64,000 nucleotides of DNA from NCBI RefSeq assembly GCF_004010195.1, contig NC_057755.1, positions 635,581 to 699,580 on the forward strand. The letters run 5' to 3'. Of the stretch, positions 25,725 through 38,789 are shown one piece after another. Both the position numbers and the translations under genes were made by a program. Numbering within the stretch: the first letter of the stretch is position 1; each line of letters opens with the position of its first letter. The notes beneath the pieces were generated by a model, which searched no databases, had not been told where the DNA came from, and was given only the letters and a program-made list of their open reading frames with translations. Source of the stretch: Chiloscyllium plagiosum. Lineage: Eukaryota.

Positions 25725-28240
25725 CGAAGTCAATAACGCCTTAGGAAAGTTGAGAGTGGGCAGCTCTGCCTGACTGTAGATTTGATTGAGAAGCTTATTG
25801 TTTCCCAACCATTGATTGAGGCTGAACTACTAAGGTTGGTGGAGATCTGTCGGATTCATTTGTGGAATCCTTCCCCAAAACCTACTTTGGAAAAAAACAT
25901 TCCACATGGATGTGTGTGAGATCCCTGGCAAGGACCTCCTAGTGCAGGCTGATGAGATAGGTTTCCAATTCCCCTGTCCTGCACGGAGGTGATTCTATCC
26001 CCGAGAACTGTAAGACTTTCAGTCCAAATCAGGATTGTTCCGGGTGAATCACTGATCTCAAAGCAGAACCGATCCGGTTGGTGATGATCTTATCCGGGAC
26101 ATTTTTACTTACATTCGGCAATGAAATTGGTCGTCAGTCGCCTGTCTCCCCTTCTGATTTTAGATGTGGGAAATGATACATTCATTATATATTTACAAAT
26201 GTTATGCCTTAGAAGCGCACTGTTGTCCACTTCCAGCAGGTCCTGGCCAATAAAGTCTCATCGAGTTGAATACAATTCAGATGATAAGTCGTCACTTCCT
26301 GGAGTCTTGCTCTTTTCAAAGGACTCGAGCGTCTTGGCCACCGCATCCAGAGAAAGCAGCTGGTTCAGCAACTCTAGTGTGCTGTCATTTCAGACCGACA
26401 TGACAGGGTGGTGGAGTAGTGGACAGTATGAAAGAATGCTGCAGGTTTCAGAGCGTATTGGGTAAACTGAACAATTGGGCTGAGAGGTGGCAAATGAATA
26501 TCAATGCAAATAAATGTGAGGTGATTCTCTTTAGGAAGCATAAGAGCAAGGCACAATACTGGGTCAATGGAAAGATTCTTGGTCTTGTGGATGTGCAGAG
26601 GGATGTTGATGTCATGTATATAGATCTCTGAAATTTGCCATCCAGGTTGATAGTGCTGTTGAGAAGGCATACGATGTGTTAGGTTTTATTGGTAGAGGGA
26701 TTGGGTGCCAGAGCCGTAATGTCATGCTGCATATGCACAAAACGCCATTGCGGCCTCACTTGGAATATTGTTTACAGTTTTGGACGCCCCATTGCAGGAG
26801 GAATGTGGAAGAATTGGAAAAGGTGCAAAGGAGATTTTAAAAATGTTGTCTGGTCTGGAGCGTTTTATGAGGAAAGGTTGAGGGACTTGGGTCTATTCTC
26901 ATTGGAGAAAAGGAGGCTAAGAGGTATTTAATAGAAACATACAAGATGATCCGAGGATTAGACAGAGTAGACAGTGAGAGTTTTTTTTATTCTAGAATAA
27001 AGATGTTGGCTTGTACGAGGGGTAGCTGCAAATTGAGGGGTGATAGATTTAAGACAGATGTCAGATGCAGTTTTTTTTTTCTCAAAGGTGATAAGGCCGT
27101 GGAAGGCCCTGCCTCCCAATGTAGTTAACTCAGCCACATGAAGGGCATTTAATCCATCCTTGGATAAACATATGGAAGATGATGGGATAGTGGAGGGGGA
27201 TGGACTTGGATTAGTTCACAGGTCGGTGCCTCATCGAGGGTCTAAGTGCCTCTTCTGTGACGTATTGTTCTATATTCTGCGTTCTATATGGAGGAAAGAC
27301 CAGGAGACTGCACTGTCTCTGGGCTTCGTGTCATAGAGTCTGACATAAAAGGATTTGCTGATCTTCAGTATGTCAGGCCGAAATAACGTTACAGATTTAA
27401 CTTCTCCCTTCAGGCTCTGAGCACAGAGCTCTTTCTGTGCAACATCTCGAAGAGCAAACGGGAGCACGTGTCATCCTTCTCCACAGTGTGGACCCTGGTT
27501 TGGAAGATCATCTTGGAATCTTCGGAGGTAAAGTGTGAGACTTTCAGGCTCTTCACCTCCTGGATATTGTCCATGGCATCAACACCCATTATCTGTACCT
27601 GGGGTATATTCTGCATGAATCACTGAAGGATGAACACTTCTCCCCATTTATCTCTCACACTGAATAAAAATCCTCTTGATGTTTCCCTTGACAAATTCCC
27701 ACTAGTTTGATGGAGACTCAGAGTGGCTTCACGTTTCTCAAACCTGCGGATTCTCTTTTGAGCTCCTCCATGATTTCTCAGAATAGCAGTTACACATTCA
27801 GATTCCATGTTCCCTTGCTGACCAGCAGGAGGCAGTGATCAGAGGAAAAATACTGGTTTGACGTTGATGAATTTCATAAAAACCAATCCCAGCTGGTATA
27901 ATCTCACTTAACAGGTGATACACACAAGCCCTGGTAACCGTCCCTCATTCCCTTCCTCATGAATTTTTCTTTTTAGATGGCAGGCATTGACATGACAGGC
28001 AGCATTCAGGCTCCTGAGTCCGTTTGATTGCGATCACCAGGCCCAGTAAAATCATTCTTTCTTCTTTGCTGTTGCGTCTTTATTTTTAGCTTCTGTTTCT
28101 TGTCCAAATGATGGTGGAGGAAGATGACAGCAGCGACGCCCACAGCAGTGGCATTGTCAACCTGGAACAAGAATCCTGCTGTTGGGAGTGGGGTCGATGT
28201 GGTAGGTCGAGGTACACAATCTTGTTTGTTTTTTTTTGAA
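25725..28240 (-). mobile_element. Degraded Tx1-type (L1 clade) LINE ORF2, copy A
   Basis: SDH endonuclease end at ~27835, SKMIFQTRVHTVEKDDTCSRL, KTPGSDDL, VIHPEQS; collinear with 48600-49845 and 60500-62100. Confidence 0.75.
26405..27288 (+). mobile_element. 5'-truncated CR1 nested in the Tx1 remnant, specific to copy A
   Basis: WAERWQMNINANKCEV, LGLFSLEKRRLRG, ttctata tail; empty site at ~49290. Confidence 0.9.
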
Positions 28241-28299
28241 CCAGTGTTAATGAAACAGTGGAACTGAGGTGTAAAAGCAGGAAGCTTGCAGCATTCACT

Positions 28300-28464
28300 A
28301 CCTTTTATCTTAGCCTGCTGGACACACTTTCCTCATTCCTGAAGAAGGGATTATGCTCGAAACGTCGATTCTCCTGTTCCTTGGATGCTGCCTGACCTGC
28401 TGCGCTTTTCCAGCAACACATTTTCAGCTCTGATCTCCAGCATCTGCAGCCCTCGCTTTCTCGC
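28300..28464 (+). mobile_element. Penelope terminal fragment with hammerhead motif and 13-bp TSD
   Basis: attcctgaagaagggattatgctcgaaacgtcgattc at 28335-28371; tgcagcattcact at 28287-28299 and 28465-28477; empty site in inverted copy D (~60425-60445). Confidence 0.88.
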
Positions 28465-30074
28465 TGCAGCATTCACTGCCAAATTCAATCAAGCCAAACA
28501 GACATGCAAGTCTTTACCTCGATTTAACATTGATGGGAAATTGCCACAAGGTTTGGAGTGGACCAAGATTTGAGTTTCAGTTGAAATGTGTTTGAGACTG
28601 GTCAATTAATAACGGGAAAATAAAATATCCAATACTGTTTTATATAACACCTTTCCTGATATAGAAACTGAATTTAAATTTTGCTAATTACAATGTTACA
28701 TCAAACTACTGCTCAGCCTTTCCAATCGGAAATTACCTGGGATAACTGGTTAAAAGACGTTCAGAAGTCACATGAAAGCTTGTGATTTCAAATAAATCTG
28801 TTGGATGATATCCTTGTGTCATATAACTTCTGACCTTGTCCACCCTAGTTCAACACAGTCACTTCAACATCAAAGTTAAAAAAGCCAATCAAAGCAGGGA
28901 GATCCCCCATGCGCTCCAGAGGAGATCAGGGCAAAGAAGCAGGACGTTTGGGACTAGAAATAACAGACCCAACTCCAGTTTAATGATCTGTAATCGTGCA
29001 TTTTAAGCTAATGTATGGGCATAGACATTTCAGAACAGATGGTCATTTGGGTTATTATAGGGAAAGACTAGATTTGTAAAGGTGTAAATCTATGTAACTT
29101 ATATTTCGAAAATAATAAACCACATCTCTTTATTACTGTAAAATGAGGCCCACTAAGGAAGCAAGTAGATCAAACCATACGAAACCAAAGCTTCGGGAAT
29201 ATTGTCAATGTCATTAGGGAAATGATTAATTCACTGATTAATCCTTTTACCTCAGATATTTCCAGGAGAAAAATATACCAGCAAGTAAAGTTTAACTCAT
29301 GTCCTTTCGGGAAGGAAACAATCACGCTTATCTGGTCTGGCCCATATGTGACTCAAGATCCACAATGTCGTTGACTCTTAACTGCCCTTTTGGAGGGCAA
29401 TAAATGCTCTCCTTACTACTGAGGCACTCATCCCATATGAGGCCATAGAAGTTACACTGCATGTATAAAAATCCCTGGTTCGATCTCACTGGGCTACTGT
29501 GAGCAGATCCGTGTCCCCCACCTTCGGAGGAATATATTCGCCTTGGAGGGAGTACAGAGTAGATTTGATAGAATGCTACCTGTACTTTGTGGTTTAGCTT
29601 TGAGCGGAGATTGTGCAAATTAGGCCTGGTCTCTCTACAAATTAGAAGATATGGTCGATAAAGATAAACTATATCCCCTGCTTTGAAAGTCTCAAATAAA
29701 AAGAAATAGTCTGCAATTTAAGGCCAGTGTGTTCATGAGCGATGTTAAGAAGTACTTTCACACAGAAAAGGTAGTAGATGTTTGGAAGTCTCTTCCATAA
29801 ACGGCAGTGGATGCTGGACCATTCGTTTGTACGTATTAAGGGATTCGTCACATGCATGGGTGCATGAAGTTATTTAACAGATCAGATATTCAATGACAGA
29901 ACAGGCTCGAATGATTGAGTGGCCTCTTTCTATGATCCTGTGACTATCAATCTCCTTCCACAATCGATCTAGTTTATTGATGTCCTTCCTAAACTGTGGT
30001 GCTCAGAAGTGGGATGACCTCAGTTTTAAATCGTTACAAGAATTGAGTTATAAAGTTGTCTTGTGGTTGATGTG

Positions 30075-30143
30075 GAAATGTGTTGCTGGAAAAGCGCAGC
30101 AGGTCAGGCAGCATCTAGGGAACAGGAGAATCGACGTTTCGGG
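30075..30143 (-). mobile_element. 69-bp Penelope terminal fragment flanked by an 88-bp direct duplication
   Basis: 29987-30074 and 30144-30231 are identical except one base; single copy and no insert in unit A (~3265-3352). Confidence 0.9.
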
Positions 30144-30219
30144 TCCTAAACTGTGGTGCTCAGAAGTGGGATGACCTCAGTTTTAAATCGTTACAAGACT
30201 TGAGTTATAAAGTTGTCTT

Positions 30220-31128
30220 GTGGTTGATGTGTTGTGTATGGATTTCAGTAAAGCATTTGTTAAGTTTCCCCACGGTTTGCAGAAAATAAGGACGCATGGG
30301 ATCAGAAACTGGCGAACTTAAAGAAAACATACCCTAGTGGTTGATTGGAAATGTTCATCCTGGAGTTCAGTTACAAGTGGTGTATTTTAAGGATCAGTTT
30401 TGAGGCCACTGATGTTTGTCATTTTTATAAATGTCTGAGATGAGGGCGTAGAAGGGGATGGGTTAGTAAATTTTGGATATCTCTGGGTTTAGGTATATAG
30501 ATCCCTGAAAGGTGCCATTCAGGTTGATAAGGTTGTTAAAAAGGTGTACGGTGTGTTAGCTTTTATTGCTGGAAGGATTGAGTTTCTGAGCCATGAGGTC
30601 ATGTTGCAGTTGTACAAATCCCTAGTGCAGCTGCACTTAGAGCATTGTGTACAGTTCTGGTCGCCGCATTATAGGAATGATGTTCTAGCATTGGGAAAGG
30701 GTGCAGAGATTTACCAGGATATTGCCTGGTATGGAGAAAAGACCTTCTGTGGACAAACTGAGGGAGCTGAGGCTATCATCGTTAGAGAGAATAATATGGA
30801 GAGGAGACTCAATAGAGACGAGATAATCAGAGGATTAGATAGGCTGGACATTGAGATCTTTTTTCCTCGGATGGTGATGGCTATAACAAGGGCAAAAAGC
30901 ATTAAACTGAAGGGTGATAGATATGGGACTGATATCAGAGGTATTTTCTTTATTCAAAGAATAACAAGAATGTGGAGCACCAACTTTAAGGGCATTTAAA
31001 TGGTCATTGGATAAACACATGGATGATAATGGAATAGTGTACGTTAATTGGGCTCCAGATTGGTTTCAGAGATTGACACAACAGTGAGGGCCAAAGGGCT
31101 TGTACTGCCCTGTAATGTTCTCTATTCT
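30220..31128 (+). mobile_element. Old CR1 RT/3' fragment
   Basis: HLEHCVQFWSPHYRNDV; 3' UTR ending aatgttctctattctat. Confidence 0.88.
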
Positions 31129-32585
31129 ATCACTCTCTCTCCCCCAGCTGTGGCTGAAACAGTGAACTCTAAACTTTTCGCAACATTTCCCTTAACTTTG
31201 TATTATAACTGGAGTTTGTCTGTCTTTTTCCAAACCTGCCCAGTCATTTTCTGAAAGAGAAAAGTAAAACTCCAAGTCTTAATGTTATTACGTCCCCTCC
31301 AGAATTGGGCCAGTTAATGTATATTGTCTATCTTTACCAAAATGATTAACGCTTTCTCACTTCCTACATTAATTGTCAGTCGCATGCCCATCTCGCTGCT
31401 GAACAGAACAAAATGCACGTAGAAACATCACACTAATTTACAATGAAGAGCTGAAATATTTGCAATACTGCAAGGAGCTTTGATTTAACATTTTACTCAG
31501 CAGGAGAACAGATAGCAAGTGACTTCAAATTTTCACTGACTAATTTTTGTTTTTAATTCAATAGACAAAACATTGTTTCGTTTTCAATGATAGAATGAGT
31601 GTATTGTTGGCGCAGACACACCTACCAACACTGGGATAGCAGGCATTCAGCCCCTTCGCCAGCCTATCCCCAGGAACCAGGAGGCCATTCAGCTCCAATT
31701 TCTCTCAACAGCTGCTGCCAAACTTGCTGAGTTTTCCCAGCAATTTCTGTTTTTGGTTCTGATTTACAGCATCCACAGTTCTTTCAGTTGTTAGTCAGTT
31801 CCTTCTGCAGCCTGTTGCACAGGAGGAGGCCATTCAGCAGGGAGAGGCAATGGCCGAAGTGGAATTATCACTAGATTGTTCGTGATCAGACCCAGTTAAA
31901 GATCTGGGGACCCAAGGTCAAATACCACCACAGCAAATGGTACAATTTGAGCTCAAAAGTCGCCTGGAATTAAACAGGCTAATGATGTCCACAAATCCAA
32001 TGTTTATTGTCAATTCATCTGTGTTGTTTCGAGAGGAACATGTCCATCTTAAGTGGTGAAGACCATGTGTGATTCCAGACCTACAGAACTGTGGTTGACA
32101 CTTAACTGCCTTCTATGCAATTAGAGATTGGTATATATATACTGATGCTCGCCAGTGAAACCCTCATCCCATGAATGAATTAAGAAAAGCACCTTTTTGA
32201 GAGAGATACGGAGGAAGTGGAACAGACCATTTAGCTCAATTTGAGATTGTAAAGAGGAACAGTTGAAAGACATTCATCTTCTCCCATGTGAGTACAGAAA
32301 CAGCATATGGGCAATACCTCAGGAGAGTAAAGGGAAGATCTGAGTTGGCATGCGTGACGTTCAACATCAACTGAATTTGGGATGAGGCAGTGGTCACTAA
32401 GGAGGAGACAAGTGATCTTGGAATGCAAAGGATATCAGAGGTAACTAACTTTGGTGATGGATGGAGGGACAACCAAGTCTCAATACTGAAGATTTGAAAT
32501 TTGAAGGAATGACACCTTTTCTTGGTAGCTCATCAGAAAGCTATGCCTGCTTCATCCAATCCTCAGTAAACCCTGAAATCATATA

Positions 32586-34250
32586 CAGTCATAGAGATGT
32601 ACAGCATGGAAACAGACACTTCGGTCCAACCTGTCCATGCCGACCAGGTATCCCAACCCAGTCTAGTCCCACCTGCTAGCACCTGGCACATATCCCTCCA
32701 AACCCTTCCTATTCATATATACATCCAATTGCCTCTTAAATGTTGCAATTGTGCCAGCCTCCACCACATCCTCTAGCAGCTCATTCCATACAGGTACCAC
32801 CCTCTGCTTGAAAACATTGACCCTTAGGTCTCTTTTATATCTTTCCCCGCTCACCCCAAACCTATGCCCTCTGGTTCTGGACTCCTCGACCGAGGGAAAA
32901 GACTTTGTCTGCTTATCCTATCTATGCCCCTCATAATTTTGTCAACCTCTATAATGTCACCCCTCAGCCTCCAATGCTCCAGGGCAAACAGCCCCAGACT
33001 GTTCAGCCTCTCCCTGTAGCTCAGATCCTCTAACCCTGGCAACATCCTTGTAAATCTTTTCTGAAACCTTTCACATTTCACAGCATCGTTCCGATAGGAA
33101 GGAGACCAGAATTGCATGCAATATTCCAACAGTGGCCAGACCAATGTCCTGTAAAGCCGCAACATGACCTCCCAACTCCTATGCTCAATACTCTGACCAA
33201 TAAAGGAAAGCATATCAAACGCCTTATTCACTATCCTATCTTCCTGCGATTCCACTTGCAAGGAGCTATGAACCTGCACTCCAAGGTCTCTTTATTCAGC
33301 AACACTCCCTAGGACCTTACCATTAAGTGTATGAGTCACGCTAAGATTTGCTTTCCCAAAATGCAGTACCTCACATTTATCTGAATTAAACTCCATCTGC
33401 CACTTCTCAGCCAATTGGCCGATCTGGTCCAGATCCTGTTGTAATCTGAGGTAACCCTCTTCGCTGTCCACTACACCTCCAATTTTGGTGTGATCTGCAA
33501 ACTTACTGACTGTACCTCTTATGCTCGCATCCAAATCATTTATGTAAATGACAAAAAGTAGGGGGCCCAGCACCTTGTGGAACTCATCTGGTCACAGTCC
33601 TCCGTGTTTGAAAAACAACCCTCCACCACCACCCTCTGTCTTCTACGTATGAGCCAGTTCTGTATCCAAATGACTAGTTCTCCCTGTATTCCATGAGATC
33701 TAACATTGCTAATCAGTCTCCCATGTGGAACCTTGTCGAACGCCTTACTGAAGTTCATATAGATCTCATCTACTGCTCTGCCCTCATCAATCTTCTTTGT
33801 TACTTCTTCAAAACCTCAATCAAGTTTGTGAGACGTGATTTCCCAGGCACAAAGCCATGTTGACTATCCCGAATCAGTCCTTGCCTTACCAAATACATGT
33901 ACATCCTGTCCCTCAGGATTCCCTCCAACAACTTGCCCACCACCGAGATCAGGCTCACCGGTCTATAGTTCTCTGGCTTGCCTTTACCACCCTTCTTCAA
34001 CAGTGGCACCACGTTTGCCAACCTGCAATCTTCCGGCACCCCACCTGTGACTATCGATTATACAAATATCTCAGCAAGAGGCCCAGCAATCACTTCTCTA
34101 GCTTCCCACAGAGTTCTAGGGTACACCTGATCAGGTCCTCGGGATTTATCCGCCTTTAACCGTTTGAAGACGTCCAGCACATCCTCCTCTGTACTCTGGA
34201 CATTTTATAAGATGTTGCCAAGTATTTCCCGACAGTCTATATATTTCGTC
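32586..34250 (-). mobile_element. 5'-truncated CR1 LINE, specific to copy B
   Basis: NYRPVSLISVVGK, FSKAFDKVPHG, LGPLLF..SKFADHTK, LEYCMQFWSP; same subfamily as 1-2356; empty site at ~5120. Confidence 0.95.
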
Positions 34251-34719
34251 CTTTCTCTGTTCCCCTCTATTTAATCATCTCTGTTGCATTGCATGTAATC
34301 CATTCCATTCCCCAGCATTTATTTCTCTCCGAATTACTCTGTCTTTCACTGCCTATCTCGATATATTTAATCGACTCCCTATTAATTTGCAGTTCAGCCA
34401 TTATCTGCATTCAGTCCTCTCTATCAATTACCCTGTGTTTCGTCGTTCCATTATTTTTCTGTTTTTACTCCTCCCGTATTACGCTATACTTAACCCTACC
34501 TTGAGCTGTATTTGATCTTGTCTATTCCCCTGCATTTTAACTATCTCTCTATTACCTTGTGATCAACACTCTCCCTTTTCCTCTCTGTTTTACACTGACC
34601 CTATTACTTTCTATTTCACATTCTCTCGATTATTCTCCATCGGATCCAGTCTGTATAAATCGATAGTTAAGAAAAAAAAAACCCGTCTCTGTATTGAACT
34701 TTCTCCCGACTGCTGGCGC

Positions 34720-35168
34720 AGAGGAAATTTACCAGGATGTTGACTGGTCTGGAGGAAAGGTCTTATGAGGAAAGGCTGAGAGACTTCGGTCTGTTCTATT
34801 GGAAAGAATGCTAAGAGGGAATTCGATGAAAGCATACAAGATGATCAGTGGTTAGGTAGCGTCGGCAGTAAAAGTTTTTTTCCTCGGACGCAGACATCAG
34901 TTTGTATGAGGGGACATAACTACAAATTGAGGTGTGATAGATTTAAGACAGATGTAAGAGGCAGTTTCGTTATTCAGAGAGTGGTAAGGGCGTGAAATAC
35001 ACTGCTTACCAATGTAGTTAACTCAGCCATATTAGGGAGATTTAAACAATCTTAAGATAAGCACAAGGATGATGGGATAGTGTAGGGGGACGAGCTGAGG
35101 ATAGTTCACAACATTGAGGGCCGAAGGGCCTGTTCTGCGCTGCATTGTTCTATGATCCATGTTCTGTG
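34720..35168 (+). mobile_element. CR1 3' fragment, specific to copy B
   Basis: tttaccaggatgttg...ggccgaagggcctgttctgcgctgcattgttctatg; absent at ~7765. Confidence 0.85.
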
Positions 35169-37265
35169 CTCTCTCAGTAACCTTCTCGTTATTACTCTCC
35201 ATTTGTTCCTCTCTACTTTGTAGTTAACCCTCTCCTTTTTCCTATATTTAAGATTTTACTGATAATCCTGTACTCAACCTCTTCTCACTAATATCTGCAT
35301 AGTTATGTCTCCATTTCACTGTATTAACTCCCTTTCCTTTCCCTTTAGTGTAATGTTCATCATCACCCCGGTATTCAACACTCTTCCTATTATGCTCTTT
35401 TGAATCCTCTCAGAGGCTTGTAAACTGTCACCACGTCACTTCTTTTACACGTACACAGTACATGATCCTGACCCATTTAGCACAAAGCTGATTCCTACAG
35501 TTAGCTCCTGTTTATATCTATCAGTCAGGACTCTCAGATGGAACCAGGTTAACATCCTACTTAGGGAACTCATTCAATAAGATTCATCTGGCTGACCTTT
35601 TTACAATCCCTAAAGCTTGCACTGCATCAATCCTCTTCCTGTCTCCCTGAAATCAGCACTCTTCCTCTTACTCTCTATAGACATCTCTCACTATTACTTC
35701 CTATGGAATCTTTTCCCTGTTCTGTTTTTAATACTCCTCACATGCCTTGTAATCGGCTTTCTCCCTATCACTCTTTATTTAACTTTCTCCTATTACCTAT
35801 TTAATCCACTCCCCATTACTCTCTGCTGTATTCACCTCATTACAATCTTTAACCCTCTCTCAGTCTGCAATTAACCCTCGCACATTCCCAAGTACTCTTC
35901 AATGATTTATCCCTCTTCCAGGATGTGTGTTTACGCTCGACAAGATCTAGAGATCAGGTTTCCCTGCCTTGTCATTCACACAACCGCTAACAAGTGACCG
36001 CGGCTGATGTGTGCTGCCACCCCTCTGGCCAGCACTGGGATTCCAGAGCCATTCCAATGTGTTGGTGGTGCCCCATAGTGTCAGAGGCTTTATTGAAGAT
36101 TGGTTGACCATGGGTACAACTTTAGGATGATCGAACAGAGTCTTGATATGTAAATAGAAATAGTTCCAATGCACAGCAATATTTACACATAAACATGAAG
36201 AATTCGAAAGGACAACAATAGTTATATATTAATTGGAACAGCTCGATTTCAAAACAATATTTATATGGAGACACAAGCACTTCCAAAGCACAAGAATATT
36301 CTGCACCTGTTCTGTGCGTCTAAACACAATTTGTTCTTATACACAACAATATTTGTACAGAGACTAACAGGTCCAAGATACGTCAATACATATTATACAT
36401 ATAAATCATGCAATATTGTGTACATGAATGACCTGGAGGAAGCAAATAAATGTGCCATTACAAAATGTGCATCTGACACAAAAATATTAGGAAACCAAAT
36501 TGGCACGTTGCATGTCTTTTCATAGGTACACAGATGGCGTAAGTTCTTGCAGGTTGGTGACAAATGTCTCTCACTCTGAGTTAATGTAAAGATGTGAATG
36601 TGGTTATGTGTATCTGTGTAGATGTGTTTCCATAACACAGCAATGACTGCTTTTATGGGAATGTATGTCGATGTGCTCCGATCTTACAGTATGATTATAT
36701 TGCTCTGCATGTGTGTGTGAGTGTGTGTGATTGTATTAATGTGTCAGTGTGTAGGTGTCTTCCTCAAGTAGGTGGGGACTTCGGCTTATTGGAGAGAGAT
36801 GTTGAAGATGTCAGGAAGATGCCAGTTGGAACATGCATGAATTCATGGCCAGGGACTCTGTTCAGGTCCGTCGTTTTCCTACTTGACTTTCAGGATCATT
36901 AGTCTGATGTTTGTAGCAGTGAACGAGGGATCAATTTTGTTCATACCTGTGGGAACAGTTGACACTGCACCACTGGCATTCCGTTCAAACCGAGCAGAGG
37001 AAGCATTGAGCACCTCAGGTATGTCTTCGTCCGGGATCTCACTCTGCTTCATTTTGCATCACATAATGTTCTTCGGTCAATCAGGGATAGCAGCATGTTC
37101 CTAAATGTGGTGAATGGCGACGCATCCTGTTTCCTCCCGCTCCCCCACCCGTCATCATCCACCGCTGGGTGTTATACTCAGATCCATGTGGTTGTGCTGA
37201 TGGAATCCTGGCCGTACATATGCAATTCCTGCACTTGGAACACGATTGCTGCCTCTGGAGCTCTC

Positions 37266-38115
37266 TCAGTTGTTTTGCGGAGTAATTACGTGAAGAATTT
37301 ACGTGACCAGCTGTTGCACCGCATTCCTGAATTTCGCTCTGAACTTGGGCAGAGTCACGATATAAAATAATGTTTTTGTGCTGCAGCTGAAATCTTTCAG
37401 CATTTCTGCGATGCACGTCAAATGCAATGGAGATTTCTTTCTCCCATGAAATGACCCTTTAATGTCAAAGTACAGGATATTTGCGCCATACACTACCCAC
37501 AGAAGTATGAAGCTGATGGTTATGGTCAAGAGGGCAATCACCGACTTCCTCCAACTCTCCATCTTTTCTTTGTGACTGTCTCCCTTCCTCTGATACCTCT
37601 GGCTCTTGTGGACTCGACTGGCCACTAAAATGTAGTTGACTATCAGAGCGTTCATCAACAGAACTAACATGAACGGGATTAAAGGAGTTCAAATGTTATG
37701 AAACCAGTAAAACCCCAGCCACCCGGGATCACTAAAATAACTCGTCTTGAGAAGGCAGTACCATGGAACGTCGTCACGTATTGTCTTAGGCTTAAACTGA
37801 AAATAGAAGGGAATGTTTTTTGAAAAGATCAGAATGTTGGTTGCAGTCAGAGCCACAACCAAAGCTTTCTCTGTCCAATATTGTCTCTTCATTTTCAGGG
37901 ACCAAATGGTTTGTGGCTGCACAAGCCAGGGCATGGATAGCACTGCACACAGGGGTGATGTCCAGGAAACACCTCGGTCACAAATGCACTTGAGACCACA
38001 TGGTAAGATGTTAGTGAGAATGAACAGCAGATCTGCCGTTGTCATCGCCAACAGACAGCGCATTGTTCAGTGAGACACTTTCACTATGCAAGTACCACAA
38101 TCAGCAAGAAATTAA
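37266..38115 (-). pseudogene. GPR139/GPR142-like orphan class A GPCR, exon 2, copy B (disabled)
   Basis: Acceptor ctctttcag|TT AAT; NFLLIVVLA**KC, LLAMTTADLL, FLDITPVCS, YWTEKA, KNIPFYF, DDVPWYC, LLMNALIVNYILVASRV, MESWRKSVIALLTI, CSTKTLFYIVTLPKFR; in-frame stops, frameshifts and loss of the TM3 DR-motif segment. Confidence 0.9.
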
Positions 38116-38789
38116 CTGAAAGAGATAGTAGGTAGAATACAAATTGGAAATAAATGGTCAAGCACACTCCGCATCCGCTCAGAGAGCAATGGAAGATCTT
38201 AATATCAAACTGGGATAGGGAATTAACAGATGACAAGTGGGCATAATGTTTTTTGATGAAAGGTAAGAGTTTTGGAGGAGATTTGAGGAAAGACTTTCAC
38301 ACAGAGAATGCTGTGGATTCTGGTAATTCAGTACTTGGGAGGGTTGTTGAGGCTTTTCAAAACTACCTGGGATGAAACCTGATTTCATTTAGTTTTGATA
38401 GCACAGGCTTCATGGACTGACCATTCTGTCCATTCAGGTTGCACGATTCTAAAAATTACAGCTGGCAACTAGGTTGGGAAGTGAAACATTTTCACAAAAT
38501 AAATCAAAGGCTGAGAATACTGGAAATATGAAACGGTAACAGAAATCGCTAGCGAAACTCAGCAGGTATGGAAGCATCTTTGGAGAGGGAAACAGAGGTA
38601 ATGCAATCATTTTTCATCAGAATACCTTTGTCTGAACATTTGGCAAGGAACGCAAAATATCAATTCAGTTATCTCCTCGCAAAAGGCCCTATCATTGAAA
38701 AAAAAGGAAGGGGATTGATTTCCACATGGGAACTGAGAATCATAGTTTTCATATTCAACTATTATGTACCATTTGTATAACAGCCCTTC

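Larger units (their letters stand above)
2390..29110. repeat. Segmental duplication unit, copy A (GPCR pseudogene unit)
   Basis: Collinear non-TE anchors shared with copy B: 2400~29130, 7850~35255, 8600~35985, 10080~38180, 17020~42020, 21300~45050, 23000~46920, 25650~48535. Confidence 0.9.
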
